Assembly: GCA_013239625.1 (NCBI GenBank)
Contig: MU053881.1
Coordinates: 8,021,957-8,085,956, forward strand
DNA: 64,000 nucleotides
Origin: Lama guanicoe
Lineage: Eukaryota
Direction of reading: 5' to 3'
Position numbers and translations under genes: made by a program. Positions 1 through 10,675 of this stretch are shown one piece after another (within the stretch, counting starts at the first letter, position 1; each line of letters opens with the position of its first letter). Under the pieces are notes generated by a model. The model had not been told where the DNA came from and made no database searches. It saw nothing but the letters and a program-made list of their open reading frames with translations.

Positions 1-399
1 TTCATTCCACGCCAAGCTTGCCAACATGTGGACAGAGTGAAATTCCCTGGGCTCTCTCATTGGCTCAGCCATGCCATTTGGAGCTAAGTCTCCCCACCTT
101 ACCTGCAACTGTGGACTATGTCCCAGGTCCCCGGGCTTAACTTGCCCATTTATAAAATGATTCCGATTGCCTTTTGTGTGTTTCTAGGCACCTACATTTA
201 ATTGGGGAGAGCAGGGAATAAATTTGATTCATTGTCCAGTATCTGGGAAGCATGGCTAAAATGAGCCAGGTGTCTGGCAATGGGGAGAGGTGGGGAGCAT
301 CGTGAACTGGAGAGCAGGTGCCCACCAAGGGGGACAGCAGGACCTAGCAGACAATGGGGCTGTCTCCCCAAAATCAACCCTGCCCTTCCCCTACTGGGC

Positions 400-870
400 A
401 GCAACCCATATGTTTAGGATGCAACCCACCCCAAGCCACATGTCATGCCCCTGACTGGTATAAACTAATCAGAGGACTTTGTACACCTTGCTATCGTGAC
501 TGTTCCAGGTCATCCAGGTTTAAGCCAACCCACAGAATGGGATTCCCAAAGCCACAGGTATCAGTTTAAAGTGGTCCATTCAAGCCCAAAGCTTGGGAGT
601 CTTGGCTGGAAATTCTGAGGAAAACAAAGGCTGGTTTCCTCTCAGTTCTCCAGAAGGCAGTTGTAAAGTCTAGAACCACAGCCACTGTTTACGAGGAAGG
701 TAACATCTTAGCAGGAAGACTGGAGAAGCAGAAAGTTACTGCGGGGTTCTCGATCACCTTACAGGGCCCTAAATCTCACCAGCTTTGCCTTCTAATCTAC
801 CTCCGAGCCTGCCAGGTACTTGGCTTGGGTTTTCCTTTACTTGTAATACGATTCTTAGCCCAGTTCAGCT
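400..870 (+). mobile_element. Old LTR-like fragment (possibly MaLR MLT1 family)
   Basis: Weak resemblance to MLT1 motifs (gactggtataaactaatcag; gggagtcttggctggaaattctgagg; ttgggttttcctttacttgtaat). Family and boundaries are uncertain. Confidence 0.3.
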
Positions 871-1654
871 CCATCCAAAGTATTTACTGTGCAAGCATGC
901 CGGCCCACACTTTTCAGATCTTCCTTTTTTTCCCTTAAGAAAATATGGGTGTTTCGCTTAAATTTCATTATTAAACTGCCATTTGGACCAATCAAACCAT
1001 CTCTGTAAGCCTCTGCTTCATACCTCCCAGGGCTCTAGGGGTCTGATTTGAATATTCTCTGCTTATGTGAGACCACAGATCCTTGCTGGATGCCCAGATA
1101 TTTTCTGTCCAATAGTCACAACCTGGCTTTGTGTCATCTGCTCTGTCTTAAAATCTTAGCATTCCCAGGGGTGCCGAAGACGCTGTCCCCAGCTCCTGTC
1201 ACTGAGCTAGGGAATGTCTGAATGACTTAGGGCTCTGACGGCTCACAAGTTTCAGGCAGGATGAGGGAATTAGGAAGAAGTTTAAGGGTGTCTCATACCT
1301 ACCTTCTCAGTGCTGTCTCTTCATCACCACCTCCGGTGGGCCAGAAGGAGGTCCAGCAAGACCGCTGTGACATCTCCTGGCCCTCTTCTGGGCTCTGACT
1401 GTTTTCATTGAGCCACAGACCACGGGAATTGGGGGGTACTGTACTGATAATCTGCTTGAACCTCCTCATGTTACAGATGGGCCCAGGTAGGGGAGAAACT
1501 TAGTAACGGTGCCAAGCTTGAAACCCCAGCTTCACTCAGTTTTATGTTATTTACATTGTATTATGTGTGATTCTTTACTTTCTCCCAAAGCAAACCATCT
1601 AAGCCTAAAAAGTCATCTTTGACCAGGACTGGTTTAAGTTTGGACTCACGCTAG

Positions 1655-1896
1655 TAGTAACACATGGTCAAGGAATGTTATGGAGTCAGATAGTCCCGAG
1701 TTCGAATCCAGCTCTGCCATTTACATCTGCAGGATTTAGGGCAACTGACTTAAGCTCCCTGAGCCTCAGCTTCTCCCATATGTAAGGAAGTATGGAGTTG
1801 TGCCTCTCGTGGTTGTTGTGACAATTAAAGAAACCAATCACGTAAAGCATCTCCCACAGTAGCTGGCATACAATGGGCAGTTAGCAAATGTAGTTA
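1655..1896 (+). mobile_element. MIR SINE, near full length
   Basis: ggagtcaga...gttcgaatccagctctgccatttac...gacttaagctccctgagcctcagcttc...gttgtgacaattaaa...gtaaagcat...ctggcataca matches the MIR consensus layout. Confidence 0.85.
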
Positions 1897-1967
1897 ACCT
1901 TTTTCTTTTCAGGAAGCTTAGAATTTTAGGAAGGTGGCGTTGCTCCTTAACTCTTACCTGCTGGATT

Positions 1968-2125
1968 TTATTCATGTGTCTGTTCGTGCCTGCATTTGTA
2001 AATCAGAGATTCACAGAGCATCCACTGCGTGCCGTGTAACTGCTGGGCATCGCAGGCCCAGTGTGACTGAGTGAGACATGGCCCCTGCTCTCCGAGCGTC
2101 TATAATCTAGCAGGGAAGACAGTCA
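1968..2125 (-). mobile_element. L2 LINE 3' end fragment
   Basis: gagcatccactgcgtgcc...gagacatggcccctgctctcc...taatctagcagggaagacag resembles the reverse complement of the L2 3' end. Confidence 0.7.
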
Positions 2126-2194
2126 TTTAAAACGAGTGCATAGAAAGTATGCAACAGAGTCTCCGACTCTCTCTGAGCCACTGGCCATGTTAAG

Positions 2195-2675
2195 GAAACA
2201 GTATAATATGTGGCTAAAATGAAAGGCTTGGGAATCCAGCCTCCTGGGATTCAGTCCTGGCTCTGCCCTCTGCCCTCTGCCCTCTATGTGTCACCTTGGG
2301 CAGGTTACTTAACCTCTCTGTGCCTTAGTTCCCTTATCTCTAAAATGGGGATAAATTAGGAGTTTGGGATTGGCAGACAGAAACAAAGCAGATAAACAAC
2401 AAGGTCCTACTGTATAGCACGGGGAACTGTATTCACTAGCTTGTAGTAATCTTTAATGAAAAAGAATGTGAAAAGGAGTATATATATATGTAGCTGAATC
2501 ATTATGCTTTGCACCAGAAACTAACACAACATTGTGAATCAACCATACTTCTGTAACAAAATTTTAAAGAATAAAATAAAGTGAGGATGATAGTAATTGC
2601 TCCCTCGTGGGACTGTTGCGAGGGTTCAAGCATATATAACAGTGCCTGGCACAGAGAGAACCCTCAATAAATAGT
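2195..2675 (+). mobile_element. MIR SINE interrupted by an L1 insertion
   Basis: The 5' half (cctggctctgcc...ccttgggcaggttacttaacctctctgtgccttagttcccttatctctaaaatggggataa) resumes after 2580 (gatagta...acagtgcctggcacagagagaaccctcaataaa). Confidence 0.85.
2355..2580 (+). mobile_element. 5'-truncated artiodactyl-type L1 3' end
   Basis: ggagtttgggatt...gataaacaacaaggtcctactgtatagcacggggaact...ccagaaactaacacaacattgtgaatcaac followed by an A-rich tail. Degenerate TSD taaaatggggataa / taaagtgaggatga. Confidence 0.85.
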
Positions 2676-3214
2676 CCCTGTGTCACTGTCTGGGGTGACA
2701 GGGTTCTCGCTAAGGCCGGACGTCTTCATTTCTGCTGAGAGGCCACAGCTGTGCTCCCGCACATCTGAGCTGAACGGAGGAGAAGCAGCTCCAAGCTGAT
2801 TCCCAGGCGCGAGGAAGACAAGAGCTGGGGCCTGGCAGCTGCAGAACTAAGCAGCCATGTCCTCGGGGCTCGGAATCCCCCTGCCCACATCACTTGGCCA
2901 GGTTCTTGGCCCCCACACCTCAGGCTCCGTCCCGGAGAGATCACCTGCTCCAGACAGCCGGGGGTGGGGCGTCTGCCAGGTTGTCGCCCATAAAGGGAAC
3001 AAACGTAATGGTTTACTTTTTCTTCCACTTACAGACACTTTATCCCACAAAGTCGCAGATGATGTGGAAGAGTGGCCTCTCCAGGGTGGCTGTCACTTGC
3101 AGGAGGATTTTCTTACGTGGGTTGGCCGTGCAGTCATATGAACTGACACAGACACAGCCTTCTTCTCCCTGATGAGCTCCACCTGGCTTTGAACAGCTGT
3201 CAGAAGCTGGGATG

Positions 3215-3365
3215 TTATTCTTGAGAGAGACTTTAGGTCCTCTAGGATGTCAGCCAACTCCTTCATTTACAGATTGGTAAACTGAGGCCCAGGGTCAGAC
3301 CTAACTTGCATGAAGTCACAAACAAGTTAGTGCGAGAGCCAGGATTAGAACTCGGGCTTCATGTT
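3215..3365 (-). mobile_element. MIR SINE fragment
   Basis: catttacagattggtaaactgaggcccag...aacttgcatgaagtcaca...gagccaggattagaactcggg is the reverse MIR core. Confidence 0.8.
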
Positions 3366-4759
3366 GTTTCTGCTTTGCCACCGGGCAGGAAGGCTGCATG
3401 CCCGTGTGCGTGGTGTGGCTGCGTCCCGCCTCTGTGTTGCACCAGCGCAGCAGATGGCTGCCCCCACTACTTTGCTGGCGTGGATGTAACCCAGATGTTT
3501 GTGGGCTGGTCTCTTCTGCTTCTTGAGCAATTTAAGATCAGATTCAGCAGGAGTCTCACACCCCAGCCTGAAATCTTCTTAGCCACTACTGGAGACGCTG
3601 TTGGAAGTGGGGAAGGGGCAGGAGAGAAGCTTCCACCACATTCACAAAACCAACTGTAAACAGACATCATTAGTGATTTCTTCCTTCCTGGTGCTGTTTC
3701 ATCTCATCTCTCTGCCTCACCTCAACACACGGTCTCTGTAATCTCCACTCTTACCCTGAACCTTTCAGCAGTGGCCCAAAGCTTGTTGTCCTTTCTGGGC
3801 CCAACGAAGGTTGGAAAGTTGGTCCAATGATGATCTTTCCCAAGCTTGTCCCTTGCACGCCCCAGCTCACCTGGCCACGTGGTCAGTGCTGGAGTGGGTC
3901 TCCCCGGGTGTAGGCAGAACCACAGGTTTTCGAACTCATGCTCAAATGCATTTCTCATCTCTCAAGGCCTGGAACAGCCAGACCCCTAGAAAAGGCTGAA
4001 TGAACTCCTTCAACCTGCACTAGTGAGCAGGCTCAAGGTTGTGGGCGGGGAGGGGGCGGTGCTGGCCGAAGAGCGGGAACAGTCCAGTCCCAACCATCAG
4101 TATTTGTATTCGCAACTTAGAGAAAGCAGGAGCCTCCAGGGAGCAGTGCTGTCTAACCTGCAAAAATAGAAAAATAATTTTCTTTTCAAAGATGCCACAC
4201 TACCCAATTGGTTTGCTAATGGGTTCTGGCAGCCTTTGTATTAGTCTGAGAAGCCATTCAGACCACCTCTGACAATGTCAAACTTATAAATTGCTCTTGT
4301 TAAAACCTGCACATCAAAATTAAATAGGAAACACCTGGTGAGCTGCCCCCCTACCACCACCACCACCGTGGAGAAGGCCAGGAGTGCCACTCGGTGGCCG
4401 AAGGAGCGTGGCCAGGGAACAGGCTTTTTTCCAGAACACCCAGAGCGGTCCTGAAGTCTTTGGAGGCAGAGAGGGGGATGGGGGCAGAAACCTGGAAGGT
4501 GTGGGGTCACATCTGACACACAGGGGCATGTGCTTTTTTTAATCTTAAGCTGTAGATGTTAGAAATCCAGAGTCGTTGCTTTGCTTGAAGGTCACAACTG
4601 GCCATCCTGGCCCCGGTTCTTTCCTGGCAATAATCGGCTGGAACAGCTGACCCCTGTAAACAAGCCCTGAGTCTCCACTGTACTCAGCAGTGGCTCTGTG
4701 TGCAGCCGCTTCACTCCTCTGCCTGCCCTGCCTGGCCCCCGCTGGCGCCTGAGTTTGAA

Positions 4760-4935
4760 CTCCCTGAGTTATTAGGCTCTGGAGATGGAGGACCTTGGCT
4801 TCGAATGACCTTGGCAAAGCCGTAGCCTGCCCTCAGACCTTGCTTTCCTCATCTGTACCGTGGAGGTGACACACCCTGGTCATAGTGTGTCGATGAACTA
4901 ATCAAACGATTATCTCTGGGAACCTACTTAGCAGA
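4760..4935 (+). mobile_element. MIR SINE fragment
   Basis: tgaccttggcaaagc...tttcctcatctgtacc resembles the MIR core. Confidence 0.6.
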
Positions 4936-5059
4936 ATGTTAACCATTTTAGACGGGAATCTTGAAGGCATTAGAAACAAACCATCCTTTCCTCTCAAAGA
5001 GCTTCCTTCCGTTTTGCTCCCCAGGGCAACCAAAACTAAGCCACTGTTTCAAATGAAAA

Positions 5060-5250
5060 ATGATAATAACCAATGATAATAATTGCGAACGTTTATGAAG
5101 AGCCTCGTGTGCTACATGCACTTCTCCTACTTTGTGCCCATTACCTGTGCTCCTTCCAGCCCCGCAAGTTTGGGGTTATTCCTCCTAGTTTCTGGGTGAG
5201 CAGTTAGGGCCCCGGGGCATGAGTACCTGCCCTAGGTTCACTCCTTTGCA
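5060..5250 (-). mobile_element. MIR SINE fragment
   Basis: ataataattgcgaacgtttatgaagagc...ttattcctcctagtttctgggtgag...cctgccctaggttcac, degenerate reverse MIR. Confidence 0.5.
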
Positions 5251-6259
5251 GAAGCGATCACCAAAGGTCGCTCCCACCCTCGCGGCCTCCTTCCTTCCTA
5301 TGTTTGATCAGCGAGGATAAGACGATTTTCAGTGACTTGCTGGGCTCTGGAGTGACACCTGTTTCCCCGGAGCAGAAATGACACCTTTGAAGTAGAATTT
5401 TCTCAGCTCCCGGCTCCACAGGAAAAACCTCTTTGCGGGCCCATTATGGCCGCATTCTAGAAGCCGTCAGCTCAGATGCTGAAATACAGCATTTCTTCGG
5501 TTCTCGGCCGCCGGCAGCAGGGAAAACATTCCGAAGGGCAAATAAATGTCTATGTATGAGGGCTCTTTGTGCACCGTGAGTGTTTGATTCTGTTGCCCCA
5601 ATTCCCTGGGCTGAGGGTCCGTTCTGGAGCCCAGAAGGGAGTGTGGGAGTGAGCGCACAGACGGCACCTGTATCCCTTCAGCTGGGTCCTATCAAGCACC
5701 TGCTGTGAGCGGGCTCTGGCCCCGCGTCGATGATCGCAGGCGATGACGTGCCCGCATGGCCCGGGCACCTGCGCGCAGCTCCGTGCTGGGTATCCCACTT
5801 GGTTACCGCAGCTCTTCCTTTTACAGATGAGAACAGGCTGAGTTTGTTTCTGACAGCCCTGGCGTGTGCATGGACATGGGTCAAGAAAAAAGATAATATT
5901 CTCACTTCTTTTTGTCCCTTCCCCCCACTAAACTGTAGGCTCCCTGAGGACTAGATGGGACGAGAATAGTTGCTAAGATGCTGCTGGGGCCTCCCTGGGG
6001 GGCAGCCCCCTCCGCAAAGCGCTTGCCGTCTCTTGGAATCCTCACGGAGACTCTCATGACCTGGGCATAATAAATTCCTCCAAAATGCAACCTGTGGGAA
6101 TGCGTGAAAGTTGTACCAGTCTGCTCCCAGCCGTGGCCGTGGGTGGAGAAGCATGCATTTGAGTGATGCCTCAGTCTCTGTAGAGAAGTTACCAGAGCAA
6201 AGACATCCTCTGATTGGATCAGCTTCTTGGGAGAGAAATCGTGTTCTCTGCGGGGTTCA

Positions 6260-6455
6260 CCTCCCCATTCTCTCCACTTACTCTCACTTTTCTTTCTTAC
6301 TATCCTTCTCTTGCCTTTTCTTTCTTTTTATAATCTTCCCTTTGTCCTTTTGGTCTCGTTTTTTCCTACCCTTTTAGCCATTCTTTGTCGTCCACTCACC
6401 CCCTCCTCTTTCTCCCCTTCCTTCTCTTCCTCCTCCTCCTCATCTCCCCCCTCCC
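6260..6455. repeat. Polypyrimidine / low-complexity tract
   Basis: About 200 bp strongly C/T-biased on the + strand, including (cct)n. Confidence 0.85.
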
Positions 6456-8007
6456 GCACCACAGTCAGCAGATGAGAGGAGAAATGTTTGCGGAAACTTC
6501 TGCGGGTGATGGACCGGGGTGGGGGGGCAGGGGATGCAGCAATGCAGGGGAAGTAATACCAGATGTGACGTTGGTGCCAACAATCAGCCTGAAATGTAAA
6601 CGTGTGCCGAGCTCCAGTAATAAAGCTCTTACAGCTGGAGGGCCGGGAATGCCAGATGGAGGGGGGAGCCAGGCCTTGCCTCTTAACCAGAGGTGGATCA
6701 AAATCCGGTCTTTGCATATATTTATGCCTCCAACATCCCTTTTCACTTTTTCAGAAAGGTGATCCATCTTCTCCCCAGTTTATTAGAGGCGGTTTTCCAG
6801 CACCACTTATAAAATATTACAGGCGGCCCCGTGATTCATGGCCTCATTTATAATCCACAGCACTTGGGAACTTTGGGGGAATATTTCTCATTAAATCTAT
6901 TTCCCAACTCTTTGGGGCTGCCTCCTACTCCCCCAAGAAACACCGGGAAATTCAAGACAGGCTTGAGTACTGGGGCGAGGTGGATCTCCCAGTGTTGAGC
7001 CTGGAAGACAGGGACGAGGGGGTCAGGGATGAGGGACGTCCCCGGTGACCTTCCAGCAGGGCTGTGCGGTGTGTCTCCCGTGACCATAACAGCCTTGTGT
7101 GCCTACGACCTCCAGTCACAAGTCTGTCCCCTTGGCTCTGCATCTTCCTTTGGTGAAGGTCCGTCTTCATGAGACAGTTTTGCAGGGATAGACAGAGTGA
7201 CAGGCCAGGGTTCGGCCCCCTAGTCAGCTGGATCCCCTTTTCATAGAGGGCGCTCTTCTCTAAGGAGTAAGCCAGGAGCTCATTTCTTGGACTTTCCCAT
7301 CAGGCGACGTGGCTCCTTCCTGTTGCCTGCAGTGATATTTTTCTTCATAAGCACTGTTCACAGCTGGGAATCACTCTTCCCTTAACCATTGTTGACATTA
7401 AGTCACTCTGCCTTAAATACTGTGCCAAGCATGTGTAAGCCCGTCACAGGAACGCATGCACTTTGACCGGTACAAAAGAACAGAGTGTCGCTGTTCGCTT
7501 GCCCCGGCGTCCGCAGAAAGAAAACCCGCGCCGCCATCTCCCACACCTATAGCTGCTCGTACCTAATCCCACTGCGCTGTGGTGGGTTTTTCTCCGGGCG
7601 ACTGCCATCTGCCGAGATAAAGGGACAGAACCCGACTTCTCTCGTATTTCCCTTCTGCGGCCACCTGTGCTTTCATTGCCCCATCGTCTAAGCCTCTAGG
7701 ATGGGGCATAACTCACTGAAATTAGAAAAATAAAAAACAGGCTTGGTGGTTTTATATTTACATGTTGGGTTATGAAGGGTGATCATCAGCTTACGGAACT
7801 GACCTCTGTGTGCTGAGCAACGAGAGGCAGACACGTCCTTTCAAACTGGGTGATTTCACCTGCCGTTCTGGCTGACGTGTGGCCCGGCGAGTCTGAGTCG
7901 GGAACCACGAATCTGCTCCTCTCCCCTACCCCACGGCCTTGTGCGGGGAGCTTGGCGACAGATATTTTTTTGTAAAATACGTCTTTCCTTCTATTATAGT
8001 CTATAAC

Positions 8008-8233
8008 CAAGGGTGACAAACCGTGCCCTGGAGAATTGACCCAAGGGCCAAGTCTGGCCCACTGCCTGTCTTTATTAATAAAATTTTACTGGAACACAGC
8101 CATGCTCATTCGTTTATTGTCTGTGGCTGCTTTTTTGCTACAACAGCAGAATCGGGTGCTTGTGACAGAGACTGACCCACAAAGCCTAGAATGTTGACCA
8201 TCTGGCCCTTTAAGAAAAAGCCTTCCCACCCAG
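8008..8233 (+). mobile_element. MER58A-like hAT-Charlie DNA transposon
   Basis: caagggtgacaaac...gggccaagtctggcccactgcctg...aataaaattttactggaacacagccatgctcattcgttta...cacaaagcctagaatgttgaccatctggccctttaagaaaaag follows MER58A along its length. Confidence 0.85.
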
Positions 8234-8799
8234 CTTTATGGATTAACATGTGCATGTGACTGGTTTAAGGGATCGTCTAGGGCAGTTTTAACTGGCTGTG
8301 ACTGCCTTACCCGCTGACATCAGTACCTAACTCTGGCAAAGATTCCCCTCCACGCTGGCACTTTGATTTTTTTAGCCCAATCCGGTCAGCTATTTTTGGC
8401 CCCGGGTATACAGTCATGGCACATGCTTTTGAAGGATTCTCAACGGAAGCCTTCTCCAGAGGATGCGCTGGCTGTCACGGGAGCAGGAACATCCCTGTGG
8501 CATGTCCCGGGGACTGGAGCTTCACGGAGCCACATGTGGGTGACATACGACAGATATGAGCCCTCACGCATGACCCCGTCGCTTTGTATTTCTCACGGCG
8601 CGGCTCCTCTCGGAATCCCCGTGGAGATGCTGAATGGGCCCCGTGTCTGCCTGGACTTTCTGGGACTTGTGCTCCGGGGACACGTGATAGGGAGGGAAGC
8701 TTGGCGTAACCAAACCCGATCGAGTTTGCTCAGGGGTAAAAGCAGGGCTGCAGAGCCTCGGAACTGCCGCCAGTGAAGGGACTCTCACAGCTCAGCCTG

Positions 8800-8975
8800 T
8801 CCAGGGGCTCCCAGTCCCGACCCTCAGAGTCCCCAGAAATGCTTATAAAAAAATACGGATGCTCAGGTCCTGCCTCAGGAAGTTCCGATCCCGGAGATGT
8901 GGGGCGGGGCATAGGTGTCTGGGTTTTTCCCAGGCTCCACCGAGGAGTCTGAAGAACAGCAGGTATAATCTAGTC
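8800..8975. mobile_element. MER5-like hAT-Charlie element
   Basis: agagtccccagaaatgcttataaaaaaatacggatgctcaggtcctgcctcagg...gtggggcggggcatagg...gctccaccgaggagtctga. Confidence 0.6.
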
Positions 8976-9804
8976 CGCACTCCTCCCTTGAGCGTGCAGG
9001 ACGATGAATCCAGAACCGACCCAGCAGGTGACCAGCCGAGACCAAACCCTCAGGGCCTGGCCAGCCATCCTCACCTGGTTTCCAGACCTGCGTTAGCAGC
9101 GCCCTGGGGTTTTCACAAGATGCCTGTGAGGAGAGAATGACAACCAGGGGGTGGCCCAAAGCGCCAAGCTCTGGTCTTGTCCGCGTTGAACCGGACTCGC
9201 TCCTTTTGTGTGTTTTATGTGTTAGTCTCCCTTTAGGGTTCGATTCTGGAGCAAGAACAGGCAAGAAAAAATATCTGCTAGTGGGGAAAAAGAAACTCTC
9301 ATCCTGCACCTTACAGCAGATCAGTCCACTGAACCTTTCCCGTCAGATTCTCCTTTTCTTAAAAATCTCCAGAGAAGGGGACTCCACCACCGAAACCTGT
9401 GAAGTGTTGCCCCGTCCTCATGGTCATCTCTCGCAGAAGGGGAGAGAAAGCTGCTACCTGCAGCCGTGTGTCCTTCTGCAGCTCCCACGGGCTCCAGCTC
9501 TGAGCTCTCTTTACACCTAAATCCTGCCTGCTCCAAACTGAGCCCCCCTCCCCTCTCTGACTTTCTCCTCTACATCCAAAAAACGACACTCAGCTGCTCC
9601 TATGCCTCATGTAGCATGACTACAAGTCAGACAGTGATTGATCCCACCATGTGCCTGGCACTGTGCAAGGCCCCGGACAGGGCAGGCGGGATGCTCGGGT
9701 GGACCATGCAGTCTGGGGAGAAGAGAAAGGGAGGCATGCGGCCCGTCCCTCACCGGCAGCAGTCTCTAGCGTGTTCTTTCTCCTGCCTTCCTCCCAGGAT
9801 GATG

Positions 9805-10322
9805 CAAACTACCTTTCAGGATCCTTCCCTATTGCCCAGGCCTGGAAGCTTCCCCTTGCCCCGGACCCTGGATGTGGAGCACATTCTTTGAGAAGGACTT
9901 CACTGAACCCGACAAAGTGTGCAGAGGAGCTGGCCCCCCAGTAGTAACATGGGGAGCACTGAAGTTTCGCTCAGCCCAGACAGGTGGTGGCCCCGCTTCT
10001 TCCTGGGCAGGGATGCAGGGCCTGGGCTCAGCATCCTTGTCCACCCCTTTGGGCCTCAGTCTCACAAACTACCTTTCAGGATCCTTCCCTATTGCCCAGG
10101 CCTGGAAGCTTCCCCTTGCCCCGGACCCTGGATGTGGGGCACATTCTTTGAGAAGGACTTCACTGAACCCGACAAAGTGTGCAGAGGAGCTGGCCCCCAG
10201 TAGTAACATGGGGAGCACTGAAGTTTCGCTCAGCCCAGACAGGTGGTGGCCCCGCTTCTTCCTGGGCAGGGATGCAGGGCCTGGGCTCAGCATCCTTGTC
10301 CACCCCTTTGGGCCTCAGTCTC
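9805..10322 (+). repeat. Two-copy tandem duplication, period 260 bp
   Basis: 9805-10063 and 10065-10322 both run caaactacctttcagg...gggcctcagtctc. I see only two differences: a/g at 9878/10138 and one C in a C-run. Confidence 0.97.
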
Positions 10323-10644
10323 GTGCAGTGTCTCTGCCCTGCCACCTCCTGGCCAAAGCAGGTAGCGAGCAGAGGGGCTGTGGGAGTGAAGTCCCGATGC
10401 CCAGACTGCAGGCGGCAGCTCTCCTGCAGCTCCTGAGGGATTTGAGGGGCATCCCCAGTGCTCTCTGTGGAGACAGCCCCGCGGGCCATGGACTGTGATG
10501 GGCAGACACCAGCCCAACACTCCGCCAGAAAGTGGCCCCGGCAGAGGCAAGGATCTGTTTTCTCTCTTGTTTTATTTCTCTTCCAGCCTTTCCGTTTACA
10601 TTGCCCCTGGTGTCTGTTTAGATGTTTAAATGCTTGCATATTTC

Positions 10645-10675
10645 TGTGTGTGTGTGCATGTGTGTGTGCGCGCGC
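10645..10675. repeat. Imperfect (TG)n(CG)n microsatellite
   Basis: tgtgtgtgtgtgcatgtgtgtgtgcgcgcgc. Confidence 0.9.

Noticed and set aside
3010..3172. Strong-looking splice acceptor (tttttcttccacttacag) followed by open frames
   Set aside because: No convincing downstream donor and no recognisable peptide; such sites are common by chance.
9872..10498. Longest ORF (208 aa) as a protein-coding gene
   Set aside because: It spans the 260-bp tandem duplication, reads the same DNA in two frames, starts at a non-ATG codon and shows no recognisable domain.
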